64,000 nt of DNA from Clostridia bacterium (GTDB taxonomy: Bacteria > Bacillota > Clostridia > Christensenellales > DTU072): contig JAZSMH010000061.1 of the NCBI GenBank assembly GCA_045535785.1, positions 7 through 64,006 on the forward strand, read 5' to 3'. The notes under the pieces were generated by a model. The model saw nothing but the letters and a program-made list of their open reading frames with translations. It ran no database searches and was not told the DNA's origin. Positions 19,439 to 29,668 of this stretch are shown one piece after another. Positions within the stretch are counted from its first letter, which is position 1. Each line of letters starts with the position of its first letter. Position numbers and translations under genes: made by a program.

Positions 19439-20035
19439 TTAGTCGATTTCAGAAAAAATTTCGTTCACGTGTGGCATAATATCACTGAACGTGAAGCCTT
19501 TTGTCAAAAGACGTCGAATCAAAGCATCTTTATTTTTTTGAGTTTTTTCGCGATTTTTAATGAATTTCTCGCAAATAATTTTCACAGCATTTTCATCGTT
19601 TTCGTATGAATCAAAGAATGCTAAATCCTGCGATTTTATACCTTTTTGCATTAATTCATATTTAATGCGTTTTTTGCCTTTTTTTGAGCGATTGCTTTGA
19701 TAATATCTTTCGGCGTAGAGTGAGTCGTTAATATATCCGCGATTTTTTGCGTATTCTATTGCTTTTGATATAGATTTTGTACTAAATCCTTTGTCAAAAA
19801 GCTTATCACGATAACCTTTTTCCGTTTTGGAATATTTTTCTATTTGTGAAAAAAGGTAATTCTTGCATACCAAATAATCGCTACTTTCAATTAGAGCATC
19901 AAGGTCTTTTTGCGTTATCTCGTCACCGACGTTTATCCTCATAGAAAGTACGCTTTCGAGCAATACGTTGTAATCACTTCCATTGACGGTAACGACAGCA
20001 TTTAATTTTTTTGCAACGATTTTTTCAACTATCAT
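19439..20035 (-). CDS. recX: RecX-family regulatory protein
   Basis: 198 aa. Repeated three-helix modules with the RecX-like pattern (Y..R.E.T..E....L..KG........I...K..GYI.D..YA..Y). Size is typical of the family. Confidence 0.6.
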   Translation of the reverse strand: MIVEKIVAKKLNAVVTVNGSDYNVLLESVLSMRINVGDEITQKDLDALIESSDYLVCKNYLFSQIEKYSKTEKGYRDKLFDKGFSTKSISKAIEYAKNRGYINDSLYAERYYQSNRSKKGKKRIKYELMQKGIKSQDLAFFDSYENDENAVKIICEKFIKNREKTQKNKDALIRRLLTKGFTFSDIMPHVNEIFSEID

Positions 20036-20102
20036 ATTGCTATTATAACACCAAAAAAAATTTATTGCACTATTTTTAATAATGAAAATGAGTTTTTACC
20101 TC

Positions 20103-20131
20103 TTGCGTATTGAGCGCGCGTGTGTTAGAAT
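20103..20131 (+). promoter_or_regulatory. Sigma-70 promoter (extended -10) for the 2,690-aa ORF
   Basis: TTGCGT (20103-20108), 17-nt spacer ATTGAGCGCGCGTGTGT, TAGAAT (20126-20131) preceded by TGT. Confidence 0.6.
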
Positions 20132-20187
20132 ATATTATGACTAAATATTATGTGTGCGCACGAGCGCGCACTACGCGAGGCGTTATT

Positions 20188-23100
20188 ATGACGAAGAAAA
20201 TCACCGTTATCTTTTTTGCACTAATTCTTTTATTGGGAGTATGCGTTTGTGGCATAGGCGTTAACAGTAGCGTCGCGCTTGCCGACGACAAGATAACGAT
20301 AACGGGTGTTGATGATCTTATTGCTTTGTCGGATGAAGTTGCGTCTGGAGAGATGTGTCTTGGACGTGAATACGTTCTTGATGCAGACGTAGATTTGACG
20401 GATTCTTCTTTTGCGCCTATCGGTACGGTTTCTACACGCTTTCAAGGTGCTTTTTACGGTAATGGTCACACGATTACTTTAGATTTGACAAGCGGTGGCG
20501 ATGGACGTGGCTTATTTGGATATTTAGGCAGTAGCGGCACGATAGACGGTGTTATCGTAAGAGGTAACGTTGTTGGCGAAAACACGGTGGGATCTATAGT
20601 TGCTTATAACGAAGGAACGGTTCGCAATAGCTTATCTTCCGCTAACGTTGTCGGCAACAAAAAAGTTGGCGGTGTAGTAGGTGATAATAGAGGTAAGGTT
20701 ATCTCTTGTGTAGCAACGGGCTCGGTGACGGCAACGGAAAGTTTTGGTGGCGTAATTGGTGAGAATTCAACCACGAGTGCACTCGTTAGCGGTTGCGTAG
20801 GTATAGCTAGTTTGAATGCAAATTCCACCATCAGTGTTTTGAATGTAGGTGGTGTAATAGGTAAGAGCTCAAGTTCCATCAACAACTGTTACTCATATTC
20901 AGCGATAGAGCTATTAGCTAATAACGTAGCTAACGTTGGTTCCATCGTAGGATATTTGGATAGACTAGGCACAACAACTAAACTCAATTATGGAATCAAG
21001 AACGCGTATTCAGCGATTGGTTATTCAACGGTTAGCGGATATACCGATCATTTTGTAAGAATAGGTGAAAAAGAAGCGTTGGTACATAACAACGTTGTTT
21101 TTGAAGAAGGTTTATATTCCGAGGTTAAATATGTCGAAGGATACGGATATATTCCCACTCCCTCGTTTCTAGTACAAGATGATGCATTCAAAGTGGAGTA
21201 TGCGTCCTTTGACGAGAATTTCCGCGTACTTCTATTTAGTAGCGGCAACGGAACGGAGGCTGATCCTTTCGTTATAGACAACGACGTTATTTGGCAATTA
21301 TTTAGCGTGAATTCATTGTCATACAGATATTTCAACAAGTTTATAAAACTAGATTATGATGTAATCGTACCTCAAGAGTTTGCTATTGGTAACGAAGAAA
21401 ATGAATTTTGTGGTAATTTTGACGGAAATGCAAAAACCGCAACTCTTAACGGTAGCTCGATGTTCTTATCGTTGGGCGATAATGCAAACGTAAAGAATCT
21501 CACGTTATGTGGTACGGTATCGGGTACGACTGATATCGGCGCATTAACCGAAAAGGTGGTAGGCACCGACGTAGAAATAAGAAGTATAACGAACGAAGCT
21601 ACCGTCAGTGGCACTAATAACGTTGGTGGACTTGTAGGTAAAGTAGACGTAGATGCAGCATTGACGTTAACAAATTGTATTAACGAAAACAAAGTTAATG
21701 GAAACAATTACGTTGGTGGATTGATTGGATATTCGGCTGGAGAATTAAACGTAAACAGCTCAGCGAATTACGCCGTTATTACTTCCGAGCTTAACGCAGC
21801 ATCATCCATAGGTGGCCTATTCGGAAGAGTGGGAACGGTTGGCAGTATAAAAAACGTGCATAACGCCGGTGTGGTTAACGCAATCAAAGCAACCGACGTA
21901 GGTGGAATAATAGGTAAGCTCACCGAACAAGCTAGCTTAGTAGAAGTTTCTAATTTTGCTAACGTTAATGGTAGATTTAACGTCGGCGGAATCGTAGGTA
22001 GCGTTGACAAAGACGTTAGTGTTACCGATTTTTCGTTAATTTGTAATCTAAAAGGCGCTAATTACGTAGGTGGCGCGTGCGGTAACAATTCAGCTACTAT
22101 TACCATGAATCGCGGTTACTATGCCGGCAGAATAACGGAAGACACTACGGTTTCTAAGATGGAAGCCTTCGTCAGCGAGGTAATAAGCAACGGCGTTGTG
22201 AATGCAACGGAAACTTATTACAATTCAGATATAGTAAACGCAAATTCAAAATTAAACGCCACAGCTAATAACTCTATCAATTTAACTAGTGGAATACTTT
22301 TCAGTACGGAAGAACAATGGACGAAAGGTAGTATGGAGATAGAATACGGCACGTATGCATATGTTAATGCTCCGCTAGTAATAGATAAGAGTGTTCTAGT
22401 AGTTAATTATTTTGATATGAAGCAAGGAGATTACCTTGTTATAGCAAGTGAGCAAGCGTTCAAGAATTACGTTTATTTAAGCAACGATGCATTATACAGT
22501 ACATCGTATTCGAATTACAAATATCGTCTAGGATGTGACGTAAAGTTGAATTCTAGAGTAAGTGGTGTATCTATGCTAGGCGGAGAGTTCGATGGTAACG
22601 GCTACGTTATCAGCGGACTAGATCTAAACAATGCTCTATTTGAAGCGCTAACAGGTACGATAAAGAACTTAGGTATAGAGGGTAAAATCACACATGACGG
22701 ATTGAGTAGTAATGTTGCAGCTCTCGTCTTATTGGCGGATACTACAGCCTCTATCGTTAACTGCTATGCAAGCGTTACGGTCTCGGCAACCGACGTGATA
22801 GCAGGTGGTTTAGTTGGAGATAACCGCGGTTTAGTGGAAGAGTGCTTTGTTACGGGTAAAATCACGGCAGGTACGGTTGGCGGTTTAGTAGGAACGAATA
22901 GTGGAACGATAACCAATTCTTTCTTTAACGGCGTGGCTGTTTCCATAATAGAAGACGGTATTGCAGGCGGTATAGTCGGTAAATTGACGGCAGGTGAAGT
23001 AAGTTACGTTTATGCTAACGGTAGAGTAGACGGCAAGAACGTCGGCGGTATCGTAGGAGTTGCACAAGGCTCGCCCACGGTAAGTCACGCTATATCGTAT

Positions 23101-26100
23101 TCGGAGATCGTTGGTGAAAATAAATACGGTTTATTATCGTCAGCAATAGATATGACGACAATAACTGCTAGTTATTACAATTCAACGATTAACGCAGGTA
23201 TTAGTGCTTATCCGTCCGTACCGGATAATACCGTCTATGCAAGAACTACAGAAAACTTACGTCTTGCTACCTTTACGTTGGACGGTTATACGCACTTTGA
23301 TAGTACGTATAACGATGATTTCGATGCATATTTAGGATGTACGCTTGAAATATTTAACGAATGGGCAAGCAATAACGCGTACGTTGATTTGAAGCGTAAA
23401 GAAAGCGTAGAAATGCGTATTTACGGTAGCGATACGTCTATTTTAGAAGAATACGGCAGTGAAAATAATCCGTATTTAATAACTAACGCCGATCAAATTG
23501 CAGGATTGAGTGCGCTCACACTTAATACAAGTTACGAGAGCAAATATTTCCGCATAGATTGTGATATAGATATGAGTACCGCAACTGTAAACGGCGGTAA
23601 AACCTACGCTATAGGCTATTTTGAGAGCGCGTCTAGCTCCAACAACGTTTATTTCGACGGTATAGTTTATGGCAAGCAACCGTACTCGATTACCAACGTT
23701 AACGTTACCGAGGCAATTAATGCTAACAATAGTATTGCAACGTCTTATCTAGGTATTTTCGCATATACTGGACCTCACTTCGAACTTCGCGATTTACGTT
23801 TTTACGGCAACGTAAGCGGAAGCAACGAAATAGGATCGTTGGTTGGATACATGGCAGGCGGTAAGATAGACGGCGTTTATAGCGAGATTACCGTAACCGC
23901 AAGTGGAGAGAGTGCAGGCGGGCTTGTAGCAGAGGCAACTAGTGGCGTATCCATTGTTGACAGCGTCTACAATGGAAAAATCAGCGCTAACGGCACCGCT
24001 TACGGTATAATTGGCGTTAACGCAGGTTCAATCAATGCAGATCTTACCAATACTTGGTACGTACTTGATATAGAAGACGAAGGTGATTATACACATAACG
24101 CATTCGGCAGCAGATTAATTGTAGATAATGACCAAAATGCGAATGGAGTTTTAGCATTTGAACGCAAAGAAGGCGTAAGAGGATATGGTATTGCATTAAG
24201 TGCGAATTCAGGTTATTACGGCTACGTAACTAATACTAACGACGACACGATATCTGCCGAAGGAATTACGTATTATCCTATCGTAGGAGGTAGCGTTGCG
24301 AATGGAACTTCCGTGGTGTATTATGTAAGATATTGTTTGAGCACCGATATTAAGATTAACGGAAGTGCTTCCAGCGATAGCGTGTCCGTACAAGCAAAAG
24401 GTCAGGGTAAGTATTACATTGGACAAAAGGTAGAATTAAGTCTTGAATGGAAAAAATACGGTTATAAGTTATCAGATATTTTAGATAAGAACGGTGTTTC
24501 AATAAACTATACCTTGTCTAATACCGGCGAGATTATTAACGTATCCTTCGTAATGACCGACGACACTAACTTGATTGATTTGATTATTGATGATATTCAG
24601 CCTACGGAAGGTACGGACGTTATCATATTTACGAAAGATAGCGGTGCTGAATATGACGGTACAAATAGGGTTAGCGCAATAAAACTAAACAATTATGACG
24701 TAAGTTATTATTTAACGGACGGTACGGCAAAGCATACCGTTACTGATGCCGGTGAATATTTGATAAAGGTTAGAGAATTGTCGAACGACGTCGTTATAGG
24801 TATATATACTGCTAACTATGTGGTAGAGAAACGCTACGTTTATCTCATCACCGCTGCCGATTTTGCTTCATATGCAACCAAAATCTACGATGGTACCAAC
24901 GCTTCACACGTTACTCTTGACGGTGATGAATGTGCAGATTACGTCTTGGGAATAATCGATGGAGAGAATGTAAATGTAACTATCGAAGCAGTTTACACAT
25001 CTATTGACGTTGCTGATGACGTAGTTGTTACGTTTAATATATTTAACGTAGATTCTGATAACTATTATATCGATGACTTCAGCGTTACGTACGATCATGG
25101 TAAGATAATCAAGAGAGGAATGACGATTACGATACCTGGTGCAGAGTTTGATGGGAATAATTACGTAATCAACAAAAGCTATAGTGGCGAAAAACCCGTT
25201 ATCGACGGTACTTATGCTATCAATATAAAATGGACTTTAACAAAACTTGATAGTGACGGTAACGTTGACGGTGCATGGTCGGAGACTAATGGCTACGGCG
25301 TAGGTACGTATCTATTGACAGCAACACCGGAGAAAGCGGAAGATGACAAAAATTATGCGCTTTCTACTGCGGAAGAGTATTTAGTAAGAGTGTATCCTTA
25401 CGTTATTACCGAGGTAATCTATGCTAACGTTAATAGTCTTGTATATAACGCAACTGATTTAAGTGCCAATATGAAAGCTTATTACGTAGGCGTTGATGAT
25501 AACAATCACGAAGCATTACTTGGATATTACGTAAATCCTAGAGTTATAGTAGGTACCGAAATTAGTGGTGAATTCTACGTACTACAAGAAGGCAAGGTTA
25601 TTCCATGCACTCACGAAAAGTTCTTAGATAACGTTGTTTATTTGACGAAGTCTAGCGAAATAGTCAACGCAGGCACCTATTATTTGGTAGCGTACGGTGT
25701 TAATGATAATTACAACGTTGATGTTCAAGCGAAGGAGGTAACCGTAGATCGCAATACGTTTGGAGGACAAATTCAATATTCGCTATCTATTGACGGACAA
25801 CCTATTGATTTATCTAACGGTATGAGTGTTGGACAAAAGGCTTTGATAACCTTTGAGGATAGCACGAGCTTATCAAACGGTTACAATCCTAGGTATACGG
25901 TAGAATTGATTAACACGGCAAGAGGCGGATTCGAAATAGAAGAGATAGATGGAGAACTTTATCTTGTTCCTATTACGTACGGTGATTCCGTTACGTTTAG
26001 AATCGCAGCACTAGGCGCAACGAACTATACTGATAGATATTCTGAATTTAGAACAGTTAAGATCAATTCCACCATTATGTACGTTGGACTTGATAAGTTA

Positions 26101-28182
26101 GAATACACCTACGGTGATGTTATTGAACTAGAATTGAGATATTATAGAGATATAGATAAGACGGAAGAAGTACCTGTTAGTGAAATTTTAGGACTGACGC
26201 CTCCTAGCGCACAACCTAATACGAAGGAATTTAACGTGGGTACCTACCCCGTTATCTATTCGGGTGGTGAAAGCAATGGATACGTATTCACACCGTTAGA
26301 CTATTCGATAACTATCAACAAAAAGGAAATAGTTATCGTCGTAGCAACGGCATCTACCAAGATTTACGGAGAATCAGGTGATTCTGAAGAAATAAAATAC
26401 ACTTTGGTTGAATACGATGCAGATAGAAACCTCGTTGCAATTGAGAAATTACCCGACGGTAGAGAAATTGTCCTTAACGGAAAACTAGGTAGAGTGGCAG
26501 GCGAAGACGTTGGCAGCTACAAACTAACTTGGGGAACGATTAGTGAGGATATTAACCCTAACTATACGCTAGTAGATCATTTTAGCGATTCTACCTTTGA
26601 CATTTTGCAAAGAGAAATAAAACTAGTAGTAAAACAAGGCCAAAGCAAAGAATACGGCGAAGAGGACGGTTTACTAGAGCTTGAGGTAGAAGAAGGATAT
26701 AATCTCGTCAACAATCCCGTTGTAGGTATTAACGATAGCATAGCGTTGTTCTACAAGGCCATCACGGTTAATAGACAAGCAGGTGAGAACATAGGCGATT
26801 ACGAATACTATATCACTTACGTTCAATCGGAATTATCCAAACTCAATTATAACGTAATGGGGGTTTCCATAATTGACGACGATTGCTTCCGCATTTTGCA
26901 AGAAACGCCTACCGTAATAGTAGAACTTACAGGTACCGCTTATTTTGGCGACGTTATAGCAGATTTGCAATATACGGCAAGAGCATTTAGTGGTTCTACG
27001 GCTGTTAGTGGAAAATGTATCTTATTAGGAACGAATACTACGTTAGGAATTAACGATAGAGTAATACAAGCAAAATTCATTCCTGACAGTGACAACTATG
27101 CAACCGTAACTATCCATAACGTTGCAGTTAAGGTAGAAAAACGTCCTGTATCGGTAGAAATTTTTGCCAAGGACGGAGATGACGTAGTTATTGCAACCGG
27201 AGTTAAATTCCCATATAGAGGCTCATCCTACGGTAAGAATGATTTTGTTTACGCAGTAAACAATTTAGTAGAAGGATACAATGATTACAAGGTTAAATTG
27301 AGCTTTGACGGTGACTGTAAGAACGTAACGAGCAATGGCTTTACTGTTACCGCCGATATAGAAAGTGATTACTATGTGCTCAACGAAAGCGTAAGCGTTA
27401 ATTGCTCTATTAGCAAGGCACAATTAATTATCAGCGTTAATAGTGCAACGATTAAGCAGGGCGAAACGTTAATTCCCACCATTACGTACGACGGCTTCGT
27501 AGGCGGAGAAACTAAGGCTGATTTAGACGAGATAGCAACGGTAGAGAATATTCCCATTGAGAGTGGCTATCACACTATCATACCGTCTGGCGCACAAAGC
27601 GACAACTATGACTTCGTTTATAAGGGTGCGGTATTAGTGGTATCTGGTACGGAATTGAACGTAGGAGATGCAACGTTAATTGGTACGTTCAGCCCAAACG
27701 TCGTAGTGAATTCCGAGACGCACAAATACGGTACAGGTGCATTTAATGCTGTTGGCGATAGTATTGACAGTATACTTGGCGTTAACGTATTCAGTCCTTC
27801 TACGAAAGAAATGAAAGAGTTCGTTAGTATATCTACCAACGTAATGCTCACCGAAGAATGTCAATACGTAGTTAAGTTCGAAGTAAATCCCGAAGAATAC
27901 GACTTATACGTAAGAACGGCTGACGGTAAGGTAGAAAAACTCGAATATAGCGTTGAAGAAACCGAAGATGGGTATTTGGTTACCTTTACTGCACTTAATG
28001 CAACGGGTGTTGCACTTTATGGTAACAAAGACTTCTTCGATGCGATCGTTTCTTATTGGGTATATATCGTAATAGTTCTAGCGATCATAATAGCAATTGC
28101 AGTAGCGATTATTATTGTAAAAACTGCAAAAAAAGAGAGAAAAGAAGATCGCAGTTATGCTGTAAAAGCTAGATGGAGATAA
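20188..28182 (+). CDS. Giant (~2,664 aa from the ATG at 20188) secreted surface protein: signal peptide, four GLUG-motif modules, MBG/YDG-type repeat region, C-terminal TM anchor
   Basis: Signal peptide MTKKITVIFFALILLLGVCVCGIGVNSSVALA with GAGG 8 nt upstream. F.G.F.GNGHTI-type lead-ins followed by many VGG[VIL][VI]G repeats (nt ~20290-24020). K.YDGT / YGE...G.Y modules (nt ~24600-27650). TM YWVYIVIVLAIIIAIAVAIIIV followed by a basic tail. Confidence 0.85.
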   Translation: MTKKITVIFFALILLLGVCVCGIGVNSSVALADDKITITGVDDLIALSDEVASGEMCLGREYVLDADVDLTDSSFAPIGTVSTRFQGAFYGNGHTITLDLTSGGDGRGLFGYLGSSGTIDGVIVRGNVVGENTVGSIVAYNEGTVRNSLSSANVVGNKKVGGVVGDNRGKVISCVATGSVTATESFGGVIGENSTTSALVSGCVGIASLNANSTISVLNVGGVIGKSSSSINNCYSYSAIELLANNVANVGSIVGYLDRLGTTTKLNYGIKNAYSAIGYSTVSGYTDHFVRIGEKEALVHNNVVFEEGLYSEVKYVEGYGYIPTPSFLVQDDAFKVEYASFDENFRVLLFSSGNGTEADPFVIDNDVIWQLFSVNSLSYRYFNKFIKLDYDVIVPQEFAIGNEENEFCGNFDGNAKTATLNGSSMFLSLGDNANVKNLTLCGTVSGTTDIGALTEKVVGTDVEIRSITNEATVSGTNNVGGLVGKVDVDAALTLTNCINENKVNGNNYVGGLIGYSAGELNVNSSANYAVITSELNAASSIGGLFGRVGTVGSIKNVHNAGVVNAIKATDVGGIIGKLTEQASLVEVSNFANVNGRFNVGGIVGSVDKDVSVTDFSLICNLKGANYVGGACGNNSATITMNRGYYAGRITEDTTVSKMEAFVSEVISNGVVNATETYYNSDIVNANSKLNATANNSINLTSGILFSTEEQWTKGSMEIEYGTYAYVNAPLVIDKSVLVVNYFDMKQGDYLVIASEQAFKNYVYLSNDALYSTSYSNYKYRLGCDVKLNSRVSGVSMLGGEFDGNGYVISGLDLNNALFEALTGTIKNLGIEGKITHDGLSSNVAALVLLADTTASIVNCYASVTVSATDVIAGGLVGDNRGLVEECFVTGKITAGTVGGLVGTNSGTITNSFFNGVAVSIIEDGIAGGIVGKLTAGEVSYVYANGRVDGKNVGGIVGVAQGSPTVSHAISYSEIVGENKYGLLSSAIDMTTITASYYNSTINAGISAYPSVPDNTVYARTTENLRLATFTLDGYTHFDSTYNDDFDAYLGCTLEIFNEWASNNAYVDLKRKESVEMRIYGSDTSILEEYGSENNPYLITNADQIAGLSALTLNTSYESKYFRIDCDIDMSTATVNGGKTYAIGYFESASSSNNVYFDGIVYGKQPYSITNVNVTEAINANNSIATSYLGIFAYTGPHFELRDLRFYGNVSGSNEIGSLVGYMAGGKIDGVYSEITVTASGESAGGLVAEATSGVSIVDSVYNGKISANGTAYGIIGVNAGSINADLTNTWYVLDIEDEGDYTHNAFGSRLIVDNDQNANGVLAFERKEGVRGYGIALSANSGYYGYVTNTNDDTISAEGITYYPIVGGSVANGTSVVYYVRYCLSTDIKINGSASSDSVSVQAKGQGKYYIGQKVELSLEWKKYGYKLSDILDKNGVSINYTLSNTGEIINVSFVMTDDTNLIDLIIDDIQPTEGTDVIIFTKDSGAEYDGTNRVSAIKLNNYDVSYYLTDGTAKHTVTDAGEYLIKVRELSNDVVIGIYTANYVVEKRYVYLITAADFASYATKIYDGTNASHVTLDGDECADYVLGIIDGENVNVTIEAVYTSIDVADDVVVTFNIFNVDSDNYYIDDFSVTYDHGKIIKRGMTITIPGAEFDGNNYVINKSYSGEKPVIDGTYAINIKWTLTKLDSDGNVDGAWSETNGYGVGTYLLTATPEKAEDDKNYALSTAEEYLVRVYPYVITEVIYANVNSLVYNATDLSANMKAYYVGVDDNNHEALLGYYVNPRVIVGTEISGEFYVLQEGKVIPCTHEKFLDNVVYLTKSSEIVNAGTYYLVAYGVNDNYNVDVQAKEVTVDRNTFGGQIQYSLSIDGQPIDLSNGMSVGQKALITFEDSTSLSNGYNPRYTVELINTARGGFEIEEIDGELYLVPITYGDSVTFRIAALGATNYTDRYSEFRTVKINSTIMYVGLDKLEYTYGDVIELELRYYRDIDKTEEVPVSEILGLTPPSAQPNTKEFNVGTYPVIYSGGESNGYVFTPLDYSITINKKEIVIVVATASTKIYGESGDSEEIKYTLVEYDADRNLVAIEKLPDGREIVLNGKLGRVAGEDVGSYKLTWGTISEDINPNYTLVDHFSDSTFDILQREIKLVVKQGQSKEYGEEDGLLELEVEEGYNLVNNPVVGINDSIALFYKAITVNRQAGENIGDYEYYITYVQSELSKLNYNVMGVSIIDDDCFRILQETPTVIVELTGTAYFGDVIADLQYTARAFSGSTAVSGKCILLGTNTTLGINDRVIQAKFIPDSDNYATVTIHNVAVKVEKRPVSVEIFAKDGDDVVIATGVKFPYRGSSYGKNDFVYAVNNLVEGYNDYKVKLSFDGDCKNVTSNGFTVTADIESDYYVLNESVSVNCSISKAQLIISVNSATIKQGETLIPTITYDGFVGGETKADLDEIATVENIPIESGYHTIIPSGAQSDNYDFVYKGAVLVVSGTELNVGDATLIGTFSPNVVVNSETHKYGTGAFNAVGDSIDSILGVNVFSPSTKEMKEFVSISTNVMLTEECQYVVKFEVNPEEYDLYVRTADGKVEKLEYSVEETEDGYLVTFTALNATGVALYGNKDFFDAIVSYWVYIVIVLAIIIAIAVAIIIVKTAKKERKEDRSYAVKARWR

Positions 28183-28993
28183 TATCCTTTATACGACTTG
28201 ATCGTGGATAAAGCAACAATTCGTTGACTTCCGCACCTTCTATGGTGCGGAATTTTTTTCCGTTTTTTAACACGGTAAGCACGTAATATTTTCTTGGTTT
28301 TAAGTGTTTTATTATAGCGCAAAGTTTTACTTTTTCGTCAAAGCATAATTCTATCTTTTCCATTGGGTATGAAAAATCTTCCAAAACCTTCATACTTTCA
28401 AAAATAAGAGATTTCGAAGCTTTTTTAGAAAATAATATTATTGAATAAATTAGTGTAATACCACCAAAAAGCAATGCAATATTAAATTCAAAAAATATGC
28501 TTATTATTCCCAATATTACAAAAATAACTCCTACAATTAATCCTGCAATAGTCATTATTTTTAAAGTTTTTTGTTTATTTTTTGTTACAGCGAGAACAGC
28601 GCGCCCACCGTCAAAAGGAAAGAATGGAAGAAGGTTATATATGCCGAGAAAAAGATTAGCTAAGCAAAAATTATACGTATAAGGGTAGGTAGATGGGAAT
28701 AACCACCATGATGATACAATAAGAATACTAACAAAAATGTTAATTATAGGTGCGCAGAGAGCTATTAAGGGCTCCTCGTTATTTTTTAGATTTTTGTCAA
28801 AATCAAGCGTAGCGCCGAAAGGTGATATTGAAAATTTTTTTACGCGATAACCTTTAATTCTTGCAAAGAATATATGTACTAATTCGTGAATTAATAATGC
28901 AATTAAGCTAGTTAATAAGAAAGTGTATTTTCTTAAAAAAATAATAAAAACACAAAAGATAACGAATAGTGGATTTATAGATATTTTTCGCAT
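28169..28993 (-). CDS. M50 family site-2 metalloprotease, SpoIVFB-like
   Basis: 274 aa, multi-TM. HELVHIFF (HExxH) and NLLPFFPFDGGR (NxxPxxxxDG) motifs, plus a C-terminal soluble domain. Confidence 0.75.
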   Translation of the reverse strand: MRKISINPLFVIFCVFIIFLRKYTFLLTSLIALLIHELVHIFFARIKGYRVKKFSISPFGATLDFDKNLKNNEEPLIALCAPIINIFVSILIVSSWWLFPSTYPYTYNFCLANLFLGIYNLLPFFPFDGGRAVLAVTKNKQKTLKIMTIAGLIVGVIFVILGIISIFFEFNIALLFGGITLIYSIILFSKKASKSLIFESMKVLEDFSYPMEKIELCFDEKVKLCAIIKHLKPRKYYVLTVLKNGKKFRTIEGAEVNELLLYPRSSRIKDIISI

Positions 28994-29062
28994 AAGTTAT
29001 TTATATGCGAAGAATCCCCCAAAAAGAATTAAGGGGGATCCTTTAGTGGCAAAAATGATTGT

Positions 29063-29668
29063 TTATTCGTCTTTCATTCTTGCCGTTTCAAAATAATAGC
29101 TCGTTTTTGTGGGGCGTGATGGTAAGAATGCAACTACTAATGAGTACAACACGATACCTACCGCTGCGGCTATTATTGCAGGAGTATATGCCTCGTCTAA
29201 TACTATTGCTCCCCCTATTTGGGTAAGAAGAGTTGCAGTCATTATCGATAGCGTTGACGCGATGAAGGTGTATTTAGCATTACGCGTAGCGACGAAAGCT
29301 AAAAGTCCTATCATTAGAGCGTAATATACGTTAACTCTTGACCAAAGTGTAGAGTTGAAGAATACGCCTATTCGTGTTGCACCGTATAGTAAGCCTGCAA
29401 GCACTATAACCGTGAGAAGACACATGATGCGGTTTTTCATTGTTCCACGGAACAACCACATAGCAAAACTCATTACGAATAGCAATGCCGTGCCCCAACT
29501 AAAACTGAAATATCCCAGCGTCATTGTAGGGATAAAATTAAGCCCTACGATTGCGCCGAATACAAGTACTAGCGCCATAACGGGCACGCCGAAGTCTTTT
29601 ACAGCACTACTGCCTATCCCGATAAGGGCCATTACGCCAAGTACTATTAGAATTATTGAACCAATCAT
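29063..29668 (-). CDS. Hypothetical integral membrane protein (about 6 TM)
   Basis: Start taken at the internal ATG (29666-29668), which has AAGGAG 12 nt upstream. The ORF-track extension to 29827 has no Shine-Dalgarno and is not hydrophobic. I recognise no family. Confidence 0.5.
   Translation of the reverse strand: MIGSIILIVLGVMALIGIGSSAVKDFGVPVMALVLVFGAIVGLNFIPTMTLGYFSFSWGTALLFVMSFAMWLFRGTMKNRIMCLLTVIVLAGLLYGATRIGVFFNSTLWSRVNVYYALMIGLLAFVATRNAKYTFIASTLSIMTATLLTQIGGAIVLDEAYTPAIIAAAVGIVLYSLVVAFLPSRPTKTSYYFETARMKDE

Noticed and set aside
20110-20187. ORF-track start (TTG at 20110) of the 2,690-aa protein
   Set aside because: The extension overlaps the predicted promoter and 5' UTR hairpin. 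The ATG at 20188 has a GAGG Shine-Dalgarno and opens directly into a classical signal peptide.
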